This document shows positions 1-7,404 of a stretch of DNA of 32,000 nt, one piece after another. The translations under genes were made by a program, and so were the position numbers. Positions within the stretch are counted from its first letter, which is position 1. Every line of letters starts with the position of its first letter. Under the pieces are notes generated by a model. It saw nothing but the letters and a program-made list of their open reading frames with translations, did not search any database and was not told the origin of the DNA. The stretch is from Xenorhabdus bovienii (GTDB lineage: Bacteria; Pseudomonadota; Gammaproteobacteria; Enterobacterales; Enterobacteriaceae): contig NZ_JANAIF010000027.1 of the NCBI RefSeq assembly GCF_024721015.1, positions 1-32,000 on the forward strand, given 5' to 3'.

Positions 1-698
1 TCGGTATCAATACGCCCATGCAGTTTATTGTCCTCGGCATCCCGTGCCGCCTGTTCGCTGGCAATCAGTTTATCGGTGCGGGTGTTGCTGTTAGTAATGG
101 CCTGAGTGCGTGATCCCTGTTCGCCGGCAATTAACTGGTCAGTGCGGGTGTTGCTGTTAGTAATGGCCTGAGTGCGGGTTTGCTGTTCCGCGTTAATGCG
201 GCTGTGTAATTGCGAATCAGCATTTTCCCTAGTTGATTTTTCACTATTAAACAAATTACTAGCGTGAGATTTTGAACTGGATTCACTATCTATCAGTTGT
301 TTCAAATTTGTCGCATCAGTGTTTGCTGTTCCATTCGCAACATTTGTTAGAATTTTTTCAGAACCGGCTTTACCAAATGAAACAGAATTATCTCTATCCG
401 TTTTTGATTCAAAACCAATAGCAATCGAATTTTCATGATCGACCTGTGCGTGATTGCCCAACGTAACTGATGCCTTCCCGAATGATTTAGCTTTCTCACC
501 TATAGCGACAGCTTCCCAGCCTGGCGCCTCTGAATCAGCACCGAATGCTGTTCCAAACTCTCCAGTTGCCCTAGAATTTTCTCCAACTGCTGTACGTTTT
601 CCGGAAAGTAAGCCATTTCTCCCGTCAAAGGCACTCGCAGATAATGAACAGGTGATCAATATCGATAAAACTGTTAAATTAAGCGGTGTAGTTTTCAT
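1..698 (-). CDS. Trimeric autotransporter adhesin (YadA/Hia-like), N-terminal part; the gene runs off the window start
   Basis: Absent from the ORF track because there is no stop in the window. Minus-strand ATG at 698-696 follows GAGAGA. It translates to MKTTPLNLTVLSILITCSLSASA (signal peptide), then head-type repeats (AVGENSRATGEFGTAFG, NSIAIG, NSVSFG), a neck-like ILTNVANGTANTDATNLKQL, and stalk repeats TRTQAITNSNTRTD x2. Confidence 0.75.
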   Translation of the reverse strand, partial: MKTTPLNLTVLSILITCSLSASAFDGRNGLLSGKRTAVGENSRATGEFGTAFGADSEAPGWEAVAIGEKAKSFGKASVTLGNHAQVDHENSIAIGFESKTDRDNSVSFGKAGSEKILTNVANGTANTDATNLKQLIDSESSSKSHASNLFNSEKSTRENADSQLHSRINAEQQTRTQAITNSNTRTDQLIAGEQGSRTQAITNSNTRTDKLIASEQAARDAEDNKLHGRIDT

Positions 699-801
699 AT
701 TAAATTTCTCTCATGAACTTATATGTAGCTGCTAACTGAACGTGTTGAAGCACATTCGTTAGAATTTCCATTAAATGAGTTCTCGTAATTTTTGTTAATT
801 A

Positions 802-833
802 ACGGTTAGTCACATTGCCGTGTGACTAACCGT
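802..833 (-). terminator. Perfect 13-bp stem hairpin directly after the stop of the 834-1211 gene
   Basis: ACGGTTAGTCACA (802-814), loop TTGCCG, TGTGACTAACCGT (821-833). The downstream T-run on the minus strand is weak. Confidence 0.5.
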
Positions 834-1211
834 CTAACTTTCTTTTTGTTGCAACCAAAAGCACAACAATTTCAATTCTTCTGCTTTAGTACGTTCGTTT
901 TTTTTCACTCTCTCCTCTAACCACAAATGGACGCTTAAAGGCAACTGTACTCCTGTCCATTTAATATTTTTAGTGTGTCCTTGATAGAGTTTTTCTTCTA
1001 ATCCTGTTAAATCAGGGTCAAGTTTCATCAACTGAGCGACAATCACTTTAATTTCAGCGCGTTTTGCACGTACATTCATTTTGGCTCTTGGCTCTAGCCA
1101 CAGATGAAAACTCACAGGGAAATCAATATTGATACTTTTCATATTTTCATTTTTCACAGACGGTTCACTTCCCAATCTCAATTTGATTTTGTCTATGATA
1201 CTGAAAAACAA
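834..1211 (-). CDS. Tandem ribbon-helix-helix (Arc/MetJ/TraY-like) DNA-binding protein; start uncertain (TTG at 1211 or ATG at 1142)
   Basis: Two internal repeats, INIDFPVSFHLWLEPRAKMNVRAKRAEI and VQLPLSVHLWLEERVKKNERTKAEEL, match the RHH beta-strand/helix pattern. Confidence 0.5.
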   Translation of the reverse strand: MFFSIIDKIKLRLGSEPSVKNENMKSINIDFPVSFHLWLEPRAKMNVRAKRAEIKVIVAQLMKLDPDLTGLEEKLYQGHTKNIKWTGVQLPLSVHLWLEERVKKNERTKAEELKLLCFWLQQKES

Positions 1212-1255
1212 ACCTTTGTCTGTCCCGCCAAACGATACATCAAAAAATGAGTAGA

Positions 1256-1284
1256 AATAAAAAAACCACCTAGAATCGGTGGTT
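1256..1284 (-). terminator. Rho-independent terminator downstream of luxR-like copy 1
   Basis: AACCACC (1264-1270) / GGTGGTT (1278-1284) stem, with an A-run at 1256-1263 that gives a T-run on the minus strand. Confidence 0.7.
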
Positions 1285-1356
1285 TAATAAAAAATTTCTG
1301 GATTTTGTAATATTTTGTTACATTTTATTTAAGTAAATATAGAAAACCTTTCATCA

Positions 1357-1617
1357 CTAAATAGCGATTATATTTCGAGCTAAAATACGAAGAACCACAA
1401 CCCCCCTCAATTCTTGTAAAGAATCGCATTCAAGCTTTTCTTTCGCCCGTTTAAAATAAGTATCAATAGTGTCAGGAGCAACCCCTCGCTCCTTGGCAAT
1501 GGCTTTTGTCGTCATTCCCATTAGGGAATTAAGGATTACTACTATTTTCTCTGTAGGACTTAATTCAGGAAAAAGTTGAGATAAAGCGTTAATACAGCTA
1601 CGATCATACTCAGTCAT
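1357..1617 (-). CDS. Stand-alone LuxR/GerE-family HTH regulator, copy 1 (86 aa)
   Basis: LSPTEKIVVILNSLMGMTTKAIAKERGVAPDTIDTYFKRAKEKL fits the GerE HTH pattern. Differs from copy 2 by 2 aa. Confidence 0.75.
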   Translation of the reverse strand: MTEYDRSCINALSQLFPELSPTEKIVVILNSLMGMTTKAIAKERGVAPDTIDTYFKRAKEKLECDSLQELRGVVVLRILARNIIAI

Positions 1618-1646
1618 GTTAACCTCGACTTAGGTTGATATGATTA

Positions 1647-1679
1647 GTTACGTGGGAGGGCGCAATCCTCTCACGTAAC
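1647..1679. other. 13-bp stem hairpin (1 mismatch) between the lipoprotein and luxR-like genes, copy 1
   Basis: GTTACGTGGGAGG, loop GCGCAAT, CCTCTCACGTAAC. No T-run, so it could be an operator or an RNA processing element. Confidence 0.5.
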
Positions 1680-1710
1680 GTCAAAGAACCTGATTTTTCA
1701 TTGTGTTAAA

Positions 1711-1953
1711 CTAATTTGATTTTGTATATGTAGTTTCTTGGCTATTATAAATAGATTTCAATTTATCATTTTCAATTTTGAAAATTTTCTTATTCTGTTC
1801 AGATGGAATAACCAAAATACTGTTTATCATCTTGATTAAAAGATAAAATCATTTGGTCTTTATTTTCGGACTGATAAACTCCCACAAGTTCGCCATTATC
1901 CTCACCATCATTACAACCTACTAATGCCAATACTCCTAATAAAACCGCTGCAA
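1711..1953 (-). pseudogene. Lipoprotein gene remnant (paralogue of 2562-2924) with a 107-bp frameshifting deletion and lost start
   Basis: Alignment to copy 2 shows AACCAAAA|TACTG joining 2668 to 2776. Homology ends at 1953, before the start codon. Confidence 0.8.
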
Positions 1954-2105
1954 ATATTGATGCAGCGGTTTTTCAATATTGATACTTTTCACATTTTCAT
2001 TTTTCACAGACGGTTCGCTTCCCAATCTCAATTTGATTTTGCCTATGATACTGAAAAACAAATCTTTGTCTGTCCCGCCAAACGGTACATCAAAAAATGA
2101 GTAGA

Positions 2106-2134
2106 AATAAAAAAACCACCTAGAATCGGTGGTT
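2106..2134 (-). terminator. Rho-independent terminator downstream of luxR-like copy 2
   Basis: Same AACCACC/GGTGGTT hairpin and T-run as at 1256-1284. Confidence 0.7.
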
Positions 2135-2207
2135 TAATAAAAAATTTTTAGATTTTATAATATTTTTATTACATTTCACTTAAGTAAATATAGAAAACCT
2201 TTCATCA

Positions 2208-2468
2208 CTAAATAGCGGTTATATTTCGAGCTAAAATACGAAGAACCACAACCCCCCTAAATTCTTGTAAAGAATCGCATTCAAGCTTTTCTTTCGCCCG
2301 TTTAAAATAAGTATCAATAGTGTCAGGAGCAACCCCTCGCTCCTTGGCAATGGCTTTTGTCGTCATTCCCATTAGGGAATTAAGGATTACTACTATTTTC
2401 TCTGTAGGACTTAATTCAGGAAAAAGTTGAGATAAAGCGTTAATACAGCTACGATCATACTCAGTCAT
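2208..2468 (-). CDS. Stand-alone LuxR/GerE-family HTH regulator, copy 2 (86 aa)
   Basis: Same protein as 1357-1617, with L to F and I to T substitutions. Confidence 0.75.
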   Translation of the reverse strand: MTEYDRSCINALSQLFPELSPTEKIVVILNSLMGMTTKAIAKERGVAPDTIDTYFKRAKEKLECDSLQEFRGVVVLRILARNITAI

Positions 2469-2497
2469 GTTAACCTCGACTTAGGTTGATATGATTA

Positions 2498-2530
2498 GTT
2501 ACGTGGGAGGGCGCAATCCTCTCACGTAAC
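2498..2530. other. Hairpin, copy 2 of 1647-1679
   Basis: Identical sequence. Confidence 0.5.
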
Positions 2531-2561
2531 GTCAAAGAACCTGATTTTTCATTGTGTTAAA

Positions 2562-2924
2562 CTAATTTGATTTTGTATATGTAGTTTCTTGGCTATTATA
2601 AATAGATTTCAATTTATCATTTTCAATTTTGAAAATTTTCTTATTCTGTTCAGATGGAATAACCAAAAAATCATTTTCTCTTACAGAATAACCGACAAGG
2701 CTAGAATTTTTATATTGTGGCTTTGCATATTTATTTACTTTAGACAAATCAATATACTGTCGGTAATCAACTTTATACTGTTTATCATCTTGATTAAAAG
2801 ATAAAATCATTTGGTCTTTATTTTCGGACTGATAAACCCCCGCAAGTTCGCCATTATCCCCACCATCATTACAACCTACTAATGCCAATACTCCTAATAA
2901 AACCGCTGCAATAAATTTTTTCAT
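2562..2924 (-). CDS. Small lipoprotein (120 aa)
   Basis: MKKFIAAVLLGVLALVGC gives a signal peptide with lipobox LVGC. Confidence 0.75.
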   Translation of the reverse strand: MKKFIAAVLLGVLALVGCNDGGDNGELAGVYQSENKDQMILSFNQDDKQYKVDYRQYIDLSKVNKYAKPQYKNSSLVGYSVRENDFLVIPSEQNKKIFKIENDKLKSIYNSQETTYTKSN

Positions 2925-3126
2925 AAAAGCCTCTTTTTAAAAACGTTTTAAAATAATAAATATTAAATGACTTAGGTTATTAATGCAACTGATAAATCAT
3001 TTTAAGTGAAATATTTTTCAACCCGAAATAACTAATTTACTTTCTTTGGTTAAGATGATTTTTGGTAACTCTGATTCTTTGGGTAAATATTTTTTGAGAA
3101 AGTTATAGAAAAATTATTTTCATCAA

Positions 3127-4089
3127 TCATTGTTTTCCCCAAAAATTTTTATCAAATGGGTTGCCAATTATTTCATGCCAATTAATGACCTTTTCTAAAT
3201 CAGGTTTACTTAAATTCAATTTACTATCATAAGCTCTTAATTTTAATAAGTAGTCTTTCATAATTTCAATGCACTTTCTAGCCCAATCACCCTCCCCTGC
3301 GCTCCCCTTTGTTACATGAGGTCTATTCGGCATTCTTGGACGTGCAGGTTTAATTTTATCTATTAACTTTTCTTCAATATAACAAAAAACTATAGATTCT
3401 ACTTTTCGGTTAGACTTAATTTCATTATAAGTTACAGTTATTCCTGTTGCATTATTAATAATAGTTACGGCAGGCTCTATAACTCTTCTTTTAAATTCAC
3501 CGTATTTAGGATATAGCCCCTCCATACCAAGAGACATTTTTACCCACTCCACACCTAATGGATTAGTACAAATTACTCCATTTTCCTTTTTATTTTTATT
3601 TAATAACTTGTATTTCATTAACCAACTATAAATTCTAAAGGCAACCGGAGAATCTAGTTTAACCATTTCTTCTAAATTAATTTGAGTAAACGATTCTTTC
3701 AGTTCATATAAATAATCTCTAACATCTTCTGAAAACTTAACAGTGACATCGCCATAAGCATCTCCAACCCCTTGGTTTATTCTTGTAAACCAATAAATAA
3801 TATCTTTTTCGACTCGTTTTTTTTCTTCATTATATGAAAAAAGAACTACAGGTTTAGATGCTAATGATTCAACAACATTTCTAACTTGCTTATAACCAAT
3901 TTCTTTTAAACCATAAATATCTATATATTCTTTTGCGTAGACGGTATAAAACCCCTCCGGCTGAGGTTTTTTACTATCAATTTTTGTTAAAATCAAATAG
4001 AGCCAACGAATTTCAGGTAAAGTTAAGCTATACGAACCATCAATCAAATCATTTGCTTGTGTAAAAACAATAGAATTTTTATTTTTCAT
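3127..4089 (-). CDS. rep: Rep_3-family plasmid replication initiator (iteron-binding)
   Basis: The N-terminus SIVFTQANDLIDGSYSLTLPEIRWLYLILTKI matches the Rep_3 pattern (N-L-I-x-a-x-Y-x-L-t-l-x-E-x-R). An iteron array lies adjacent. Confidence 0.85.
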   Translation of the reverse strand: MKNKNSIVFTQANDLIDGSYSLTLPEIRWLYLILTKIDSKKPQPEGFYTVYAKEYIDIYGLKEIGYKQVRNVVESLASKPVVLFSYNEEKKRVEKDIIYWFTRINQGVGDAYGDVTVKFSEDVRDYLYELKESFTQINLEEMVKLDSPVAFRIYSWLMKYKLLNKNKKENGVICTNPLGVEWVKMSLGMEGLYPKYGEFKRRVIEPAVTIINNATGITVTYNEIKSNRKVESIVFCYIEEKLIDKIKPARPRMPNRPHVTKGSAGEGDWARKCIEIMKDYLLKLRAYDSKLNLSKPDLEKVINWHEIIGNPFDKNFWGKQ

Positions 4090-4171
4090 TTCTTAATCCT
4101 TTTTCAATTTAACTAAAGTATAAATAAATTATTTATAGATGTACACATGTTTTTATTTGTACATACTTAAT

Positions 4172-4189
4172 TGATAAATCTGTACATCT
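4172..4189 (+). promoter_or_regulatory. Single iteron copy in the rep promoter region (likely autoregulatory operator)
   Basis: TGATAAATCTGTACATCT, identical to the origin iterons, lies about 85 nt upstream of the rep ATG. Confidence 0.6.
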
Positions 4190-4338
4190 TTCATTAATGC
4201 CAAAAAGCTCATAAACCAAAGATTAAGATCGAGTTTTTTCAAAAAAAACCAATTAATGACTGATCACATTAATACAAAACAGTTAATAAAAGCATAAATC
4301 ATTGAGTTTATTGCGATTTTCTATTTAGTCTATTTCTA

Positions 4339-4401
4339 TGGATAAATAAAGTCATTCTGTGGATAAATAAAGTTATTCTGTTGATAAATAAAGTTATTCA
4401 C
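4339..4401 (+). repeat. Three tandem 21-bp repeats (T[GT]GATAAATAAAGTYATTC) adjoining the iterons
   Basis: Copies at 4339-4359, 4360-4380 and 4381-4401. They share the GATAAAT core with the iterons. Confidence 0.8.
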
Positions 4402-4560
4402 AGAAAATCTGTACATCTTTATTGATAAATCTGTACATCTACTTTGATAAATCCGTACATCTTTACTGATAAATCTGTACATCTTAAAAATGAGTCATTG
4501 ATAAATCTGTACATCTTTATTGATAAATCTGTACATCTTTATTGATAAATCTGTACATCT
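4401..4560 (+). repeat. oriV iteron array: six direct copies of TGATAAATCTGTACATCT plus one partial copy
   Basis: Copies start at 4423, 4445, 4467, 4499, 4521 and 4543 (22-bp period, one 32-bp gap), with a partial copy at 4401-4418. An A-rich stretch follows at 4561-4700. Confidence 0.9.
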
Positions 4561-4724
4561 ATGAGTTTATAACTTATTGATATACAAAAATTTAAATTTC
4601 ATAAGAAAAGAAAGGAAAAGTAATATGTAGCATAGGAGTAAAGAATAAGAATTTAAAGAAAAAGAAAAAAACAATAATTAATACTTCCCTTTTTAGCTAT
4701 TCAGTGACTCTGCTCCCATTACGA

Positions 4725-4800
4725 TTAAGTGATATTACGCTTCCTCGCCCGTTCGCTCCCTACGGTCGGTCACTTGGCTGCGGCGAGCGTTGCGGGTTAA
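4725..4800. repeat. Left arm of the 76-bp inverted repeat flanking the TA module
   Basis: TTAAGTGATATTACGCTTCCTCGCCCGTTCGCTCCCTACGGTCGGTCACTTGGCTGCGGCGAGCGTTGCGGGTTAA is the reverse complement of 5739-5814 with 1 mismatch. Confidence 0.95.
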
Positions 4801-4908
4801 GAATTATTCATATCTTTGATATTTTAGGACTTATAAAAACAGTGTGACTTTATGTTACTTCTAGCTTAGAATGATATTAATCAATAGTGATTATTTTTTG
4901 GGGGCTTT

Positions 4909-5172
4909 ATGTCAATAACAAAACTGAGACAACAAGGCGGGGCTGTCGTCATGACGATCCCTAGTGAGATTCTTGCTACAAAGGGCTGGTTAGTCGGAAT
5001 GGTGATGAAGATTGATTCTTTTGGGGAAGCCATTAGCACAATGCCTTTAAAACGCATTCCTAGAGGTCGCAAGAGTGTTTCTGAAATATTATCGGACGTA
5101 GATACCGTAGAGATCCAAAAGCTCAATGAGCAATTAGGCGATCATTTGCCTGTTGGACGAGAGTTAATTTAA
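4909..5172 (+). CDS. AbrB/SpoVT-fold antitoxin (PemI/MazE-like)
   Basis: GGAVVMTIPSEILATKGWLVGMVMKI fits the swapped-hairpin AbrB-type motif. The stop overlaps the start of the downstream toxin gene. Confidence 0.75.
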   Translation: MSITKLRQQGGAVVMTIPSEILATKGWLVGMVMKIDSFGEAISTMPLKRIPRGRKSVSEILSDVDTVEIQKLNEQLGDHLPVGRELI

Positions 5173-5534
5173 TGGCGAAAAAAATCCCCGCTAAAGGTCA
5201 AATTTGGCATACAAACGGCGACCCTATTAGTGGTCGAGAATTTAAAGGGTCGCATTATTATCTGGTTATTTCAGACGAACAATTAAACAAAACGTTGGGA
5301 ACGGCGATTTGCGTTCCCATTACTAGCACAGGACTGACCGCCCGCTCATCAGGAGTTACTGTGATACTTGATGGAGCAAGCACCGATAAGGGGATTGTAA
5401 CGGGGTGTGCGTTATGTCACCAGTTACGCACACTTGATTTAGAAGCAAGAAACGCGAGTTATTCTTCAAACGTGACCCTTGAAATTCTGGATGAAGTCAT
5501 TGGAAAGATTATCGATATTATCGACCCTACTTGA
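5172..5534 (+). CDS. PemK/MazF-family endoribonuclease toxin
   Basis: GQIWHTNGDPISGREFKGSHYYLVIS...AICVPITS...CHQLRTLD matches the MazF/PemK pattern (GdIw..dP..G.E..g.RP.lVls...PiTs...dQiRtlD). Confidence 0.8.
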   Translation: MAKKIPAKGQIWHTNGDPISGREFKGSHYYLVISDEQLNKTLGTAICVPITSTGLTARSSGVTVILDGASTDKGIVTGCALCHQLRTLDLEARNASYSSNVTLEILDEVIGKIIDIIDPT

Positions 5535-5738
5535 TCAGCCAAGCTGAAAGATCTAATTCCGATCCTAAAGAGATCTAATTTTTAAACGCCCTCAAACGCC
5601 CTCTGTTGAATTATTTTGGTCTAATTCGTTGGATTGTATGTCTAAACAAAAAAATAGCTTAGAATCGATTACAAAAAGTTTTAGGGGGAATGTAAGAAAG
5701 TGTCGCCTGAACTACTCAAGATCAAGCACCTGCAACTA

Positions 5739-5814
5739 TTAACCCGCAACGCTTGCCGCAGCCAAGTGACCGACCGTAGGGAGCGAACGGGCGAGGAAGC
5801 GTAATATCACTTAA
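5739..5814. repeat. Right arm of the 76-bp inverted repeat flanking the TA module
   Basis: Reverse complement of 4725-4800 (75/76 identical). Confidence 0.95.
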
Positions 5815-5835
5815 ATTATCGTTCTCGGTGATGTT

Positions 5836-6169
5836 TCCCTTATCTTTTGTCTCCGACCGTCAGACAATCGTATTGTGTTGCGTTCTGTGCCTGTTTGGTT
5901 CGCTCCGCTCACGGCTGACCAGCCCGGGGGGGTTCCCTGCTCTATTCAATCCCCCCTTTTTTATCGGCAAATCAACTAAGGGCGTTTTCCTTGGCTTTCG
6001 TGGGTTGCCTGACATGCCCTAAAGGGCATAAAAATAAATGAAAAAAAGCAAAATATTCAAGCATTAGATCAATCTAAACCTTGCACAATCACCCGAAAAC
6101 GGGCATAATGTATTTATCGAAACGGGGAATGTTCCCTACCACTAAATGCCAATAGGCAGGAGTTTTAAA
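5836..6169 (+). repeat. Leading-region cassette copy A: GC-rich module (about 5846-6030) + promoter + palindrome + RBS
   Basis: Identical to copy B (7405-7739) except for 3 substitutions over 324 nt. About 90% similar to copy C. Confidence 0.9.
6081..6109 (+). promoter_or_regulatory. Sigma70-type promoter of cassette A, followed by the GGGAA-TG-TTCCC palindrome (6125-6136)
   Basis: TTGCAC (6081-6086), 17 nt, CATAAT (6104-6109). The spacer contains CCCGAAAACGGG. Confidence 0.65.
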
Positions 6170-7360
6170 ATGACTAAACATGAATTAGCTATGGAAGCAT
6201 TAAACCGCGCTGAAAGTAATCATTCAGAAGCTAATTATGATGCTATTTTTGCGGGATTTATGGAGATGGAAATAAGCGAGGAAGATATTGAGCCGCGTGT
6301 TAATGTTTTTACGTTCCGTGCGTGGAAAGCCAAAGGTCGCGTAGTTAAAAAAGGTGAAAAAGGCGTTAAGGTAATTACCTATATTCTTGTTGATAAAAAA
6401 GAGGAAAATTCGGAAGAAACCAAAAAAGTGAAAGTGAAACGTCAAACTACTGTTTTTCATATTTCACAAACTAAACCTTTAGATGAACCAACAGAACCCA
6501 AAGATAAAACGGAAGATATCCCCCTCGAAGCGCAGGACGTTGATTTAGAGTCTCAAGAAAAGCCGCTTAACTGGTATGAAGAAAAGCAAGCCCGCCGCAA
6601 GGAGCGTTACCAAGAACTTGCAAAGAACGCAGCTATTCAAAGTAATGGAACTTATTCAAGAGCAAAAGAAATGGCATCAGTTATTCCTTTTGGTCAACCT
6701 ATTTTAATCGGACACCATAGCGAAAAACGCGATAGAAATTACAGACAAAAAATTACAAATACTTTTGATAAATCATTTGAGCAAGCCAAAAAATCGGAGT
6801 ATTACGAAAACAAAGCCGATTCCGTTGGTAAATCAGGTATATCCAGTGATGATCCTAATGCAATTGTAAAATTACAAGACAAATTAGCGCGGTTACAAAA
6901 AAGTCATGAAATCATGAAATCAGTAAATAAAATTGTTAAAAATAAAAAATTAACTGATGAACAAAAAATAATAAATATTGCAGAGTTAGGATTAAAAAAA
7001 GAAACGGCAGAAGAATTATTAAAAGGGGATTTTATAGGGCGTATTGGGTTTGCCTCTTATCGGCTTCAAAATAATAACTCTGAAATTAATAGAATTAAAA
7101 AAAGAATAGAAAGTTTATCAAAAAATAAAGATAAAACAGATGTGATTGAGGTTAACGAAAATTTCACTTTTAAACTGGATTATGAGATTAATCGGATCAT
7201 GTTTATTTTTGAAGGAAAGCCCTCTTATGATATTAGAGAGATTTTAAAAGGAAATGGGTTTAATTGGAGTAAAACCAATAATGCTTGGATAAGAAAAACA
7301 ACTTCTAATGCGCTTTATGCTGCTAAATCTGTCAAAGCGCAATTATTAAATTTATCGTAA
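6170..7360 (+). CDS. ArdC-N-like ssDNA-binding motif fused to a DUF3560-like domain (leading-region protein)
   Basis: AGGAG lies 7 nt before the ATG at 6170; the track start at 6146 has no SD. TFRAWKAKGRVVKKGEKGVKV resembles the ArdC N-domain motif. IPFGQPILIGHHSEKRDR...ISSDDPNAIVKLQDKLARLQ resembles DUF3560. Confidence 0.65.
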   Translation: MTKHELAMEALNRAESNHSEANYDAIFAGFMEMEISEEDIEPRVNVFTFRAWKAKGRVVKKGEKGVKVITYILVDKKEENSEETKKVKVKRQTTVFHISQTKPLDEPTEPKDKTEDIPLEAQDVDLESQEKPLNWYEEKQARRKERYQELAKNAAIQSNGTYSRAKEMASVIPFGQPILIGHHSEKRDRNYRQKITNTFDKSFEQAKKSEYYENKADSVGKSGISSDDPNAIVKLQDKLARLQKSHEIMKSVNKIVKNKKLTDEQKIINIAELGLKKETAEELLKGDFIGRIGFASYRLQNNNSEINRIKKRIESLSKNKDKTDVIEVNENFTFKLDYEINRIMFIFEGKPSYDIREILKGNGFNWSKTNNAWIRKTTSNALYAAKSVKAQLLNLS

Positions 7361-7368
7361 ACATTCAA

Positions 7369-7393
7369 TAAGCCCTTAACGAGGGCTTTTTAT
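7369..7393 (+). terminator. Rho-independent terminator
   Basis: AGCCCT (7371-7376) / AGGGCT (7382-7387), followed by TTTTT. Confidence 0.65.
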
Positions 7394-7404
7394 TTATCTT
7401 GTGG

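Larger units (their letters stand above)
1123..1953. repeat. Tandem duplication, copy 1 (5' end of RHH gene, terminator, luxR-like gene, deleted lipoprotein gene)
   Basis: Near-identical to 1973-2911 at an offset of 850-851 nt, apart from a 107-bp internal deletion equivalent to 2669-2775. Confidence 0.9.
1973..2911. repeat. Tandem duplication, copy 2 (orphan RHH 5' fragment with ATG changed to GTG, terminator, luxR-like gene, intact lipoprotein gene)
   Basis: See copy 1. The junction filler at 1954-1972 is palindromic with its flanks. Confidence 0.9.

Noticed and set aside
454-735. The 93-aa plus-strand ORF
   Set aside because: It is antisense to the well-supported adhesin gene and its sequence is low-complexity P/A/S.
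2589-2804. The 71-aa plus-strand ORF; similar cases at 6224-6460 (-), 4881-5126 (-), 25593-25775 (+), 29146-29334 (+), 29533-29769 (+) and 30483-30689 (+)
   Set aside because: All are antisense or off-frame to better-supported genes. Their I/F/L-rich sequences are typical of AT-rich noncoding frames.
4401-4560. Regularly spaced repeats that might suggest a CRISPR array
   Set aside because: The 18-bp repeats have a 22-bp period with only 4-nt gaps, so there are no spacers. They lie adjacent to a Rep_3 gene and an A-rich region, which is the classic layout of iterons.
4725-4800. The 76-bp arms as Tn3-family terminal inverted repeats (GGGAGCGAACGGG...ACTTAA)
   Set aside because: The GGG end faces inward and the TAA end faces outward relative to the TA cargo. 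This is the wrong polarity for a Tn3-type element, and there is no transposase or resolvase.
5828-6022. The 64-aa and 63-aa ORFs (5828-6022 and 7401-7592) inside the repeated GC-rich modules
   Set aside because: Copy C of the same module has no start codon (GTGACG in place of GTGATG) and carries +1 and -1 indels. Copies F and G conserve only short nucleotide blocks. The conservation is at the nucleotide level, not the protein level.
6146-6169. The conserved MPIGRxFKM N-terminal extension on four track ORFs (6146, 7716, 10801, 11644)
   Set aside because: The upstream ATG lies within the conserved leader and has no SD. AGGAG sits 7 nt before the second ATG. The shared peptide comes from the shared nucleotide cassette being a multiple of 3 in length.
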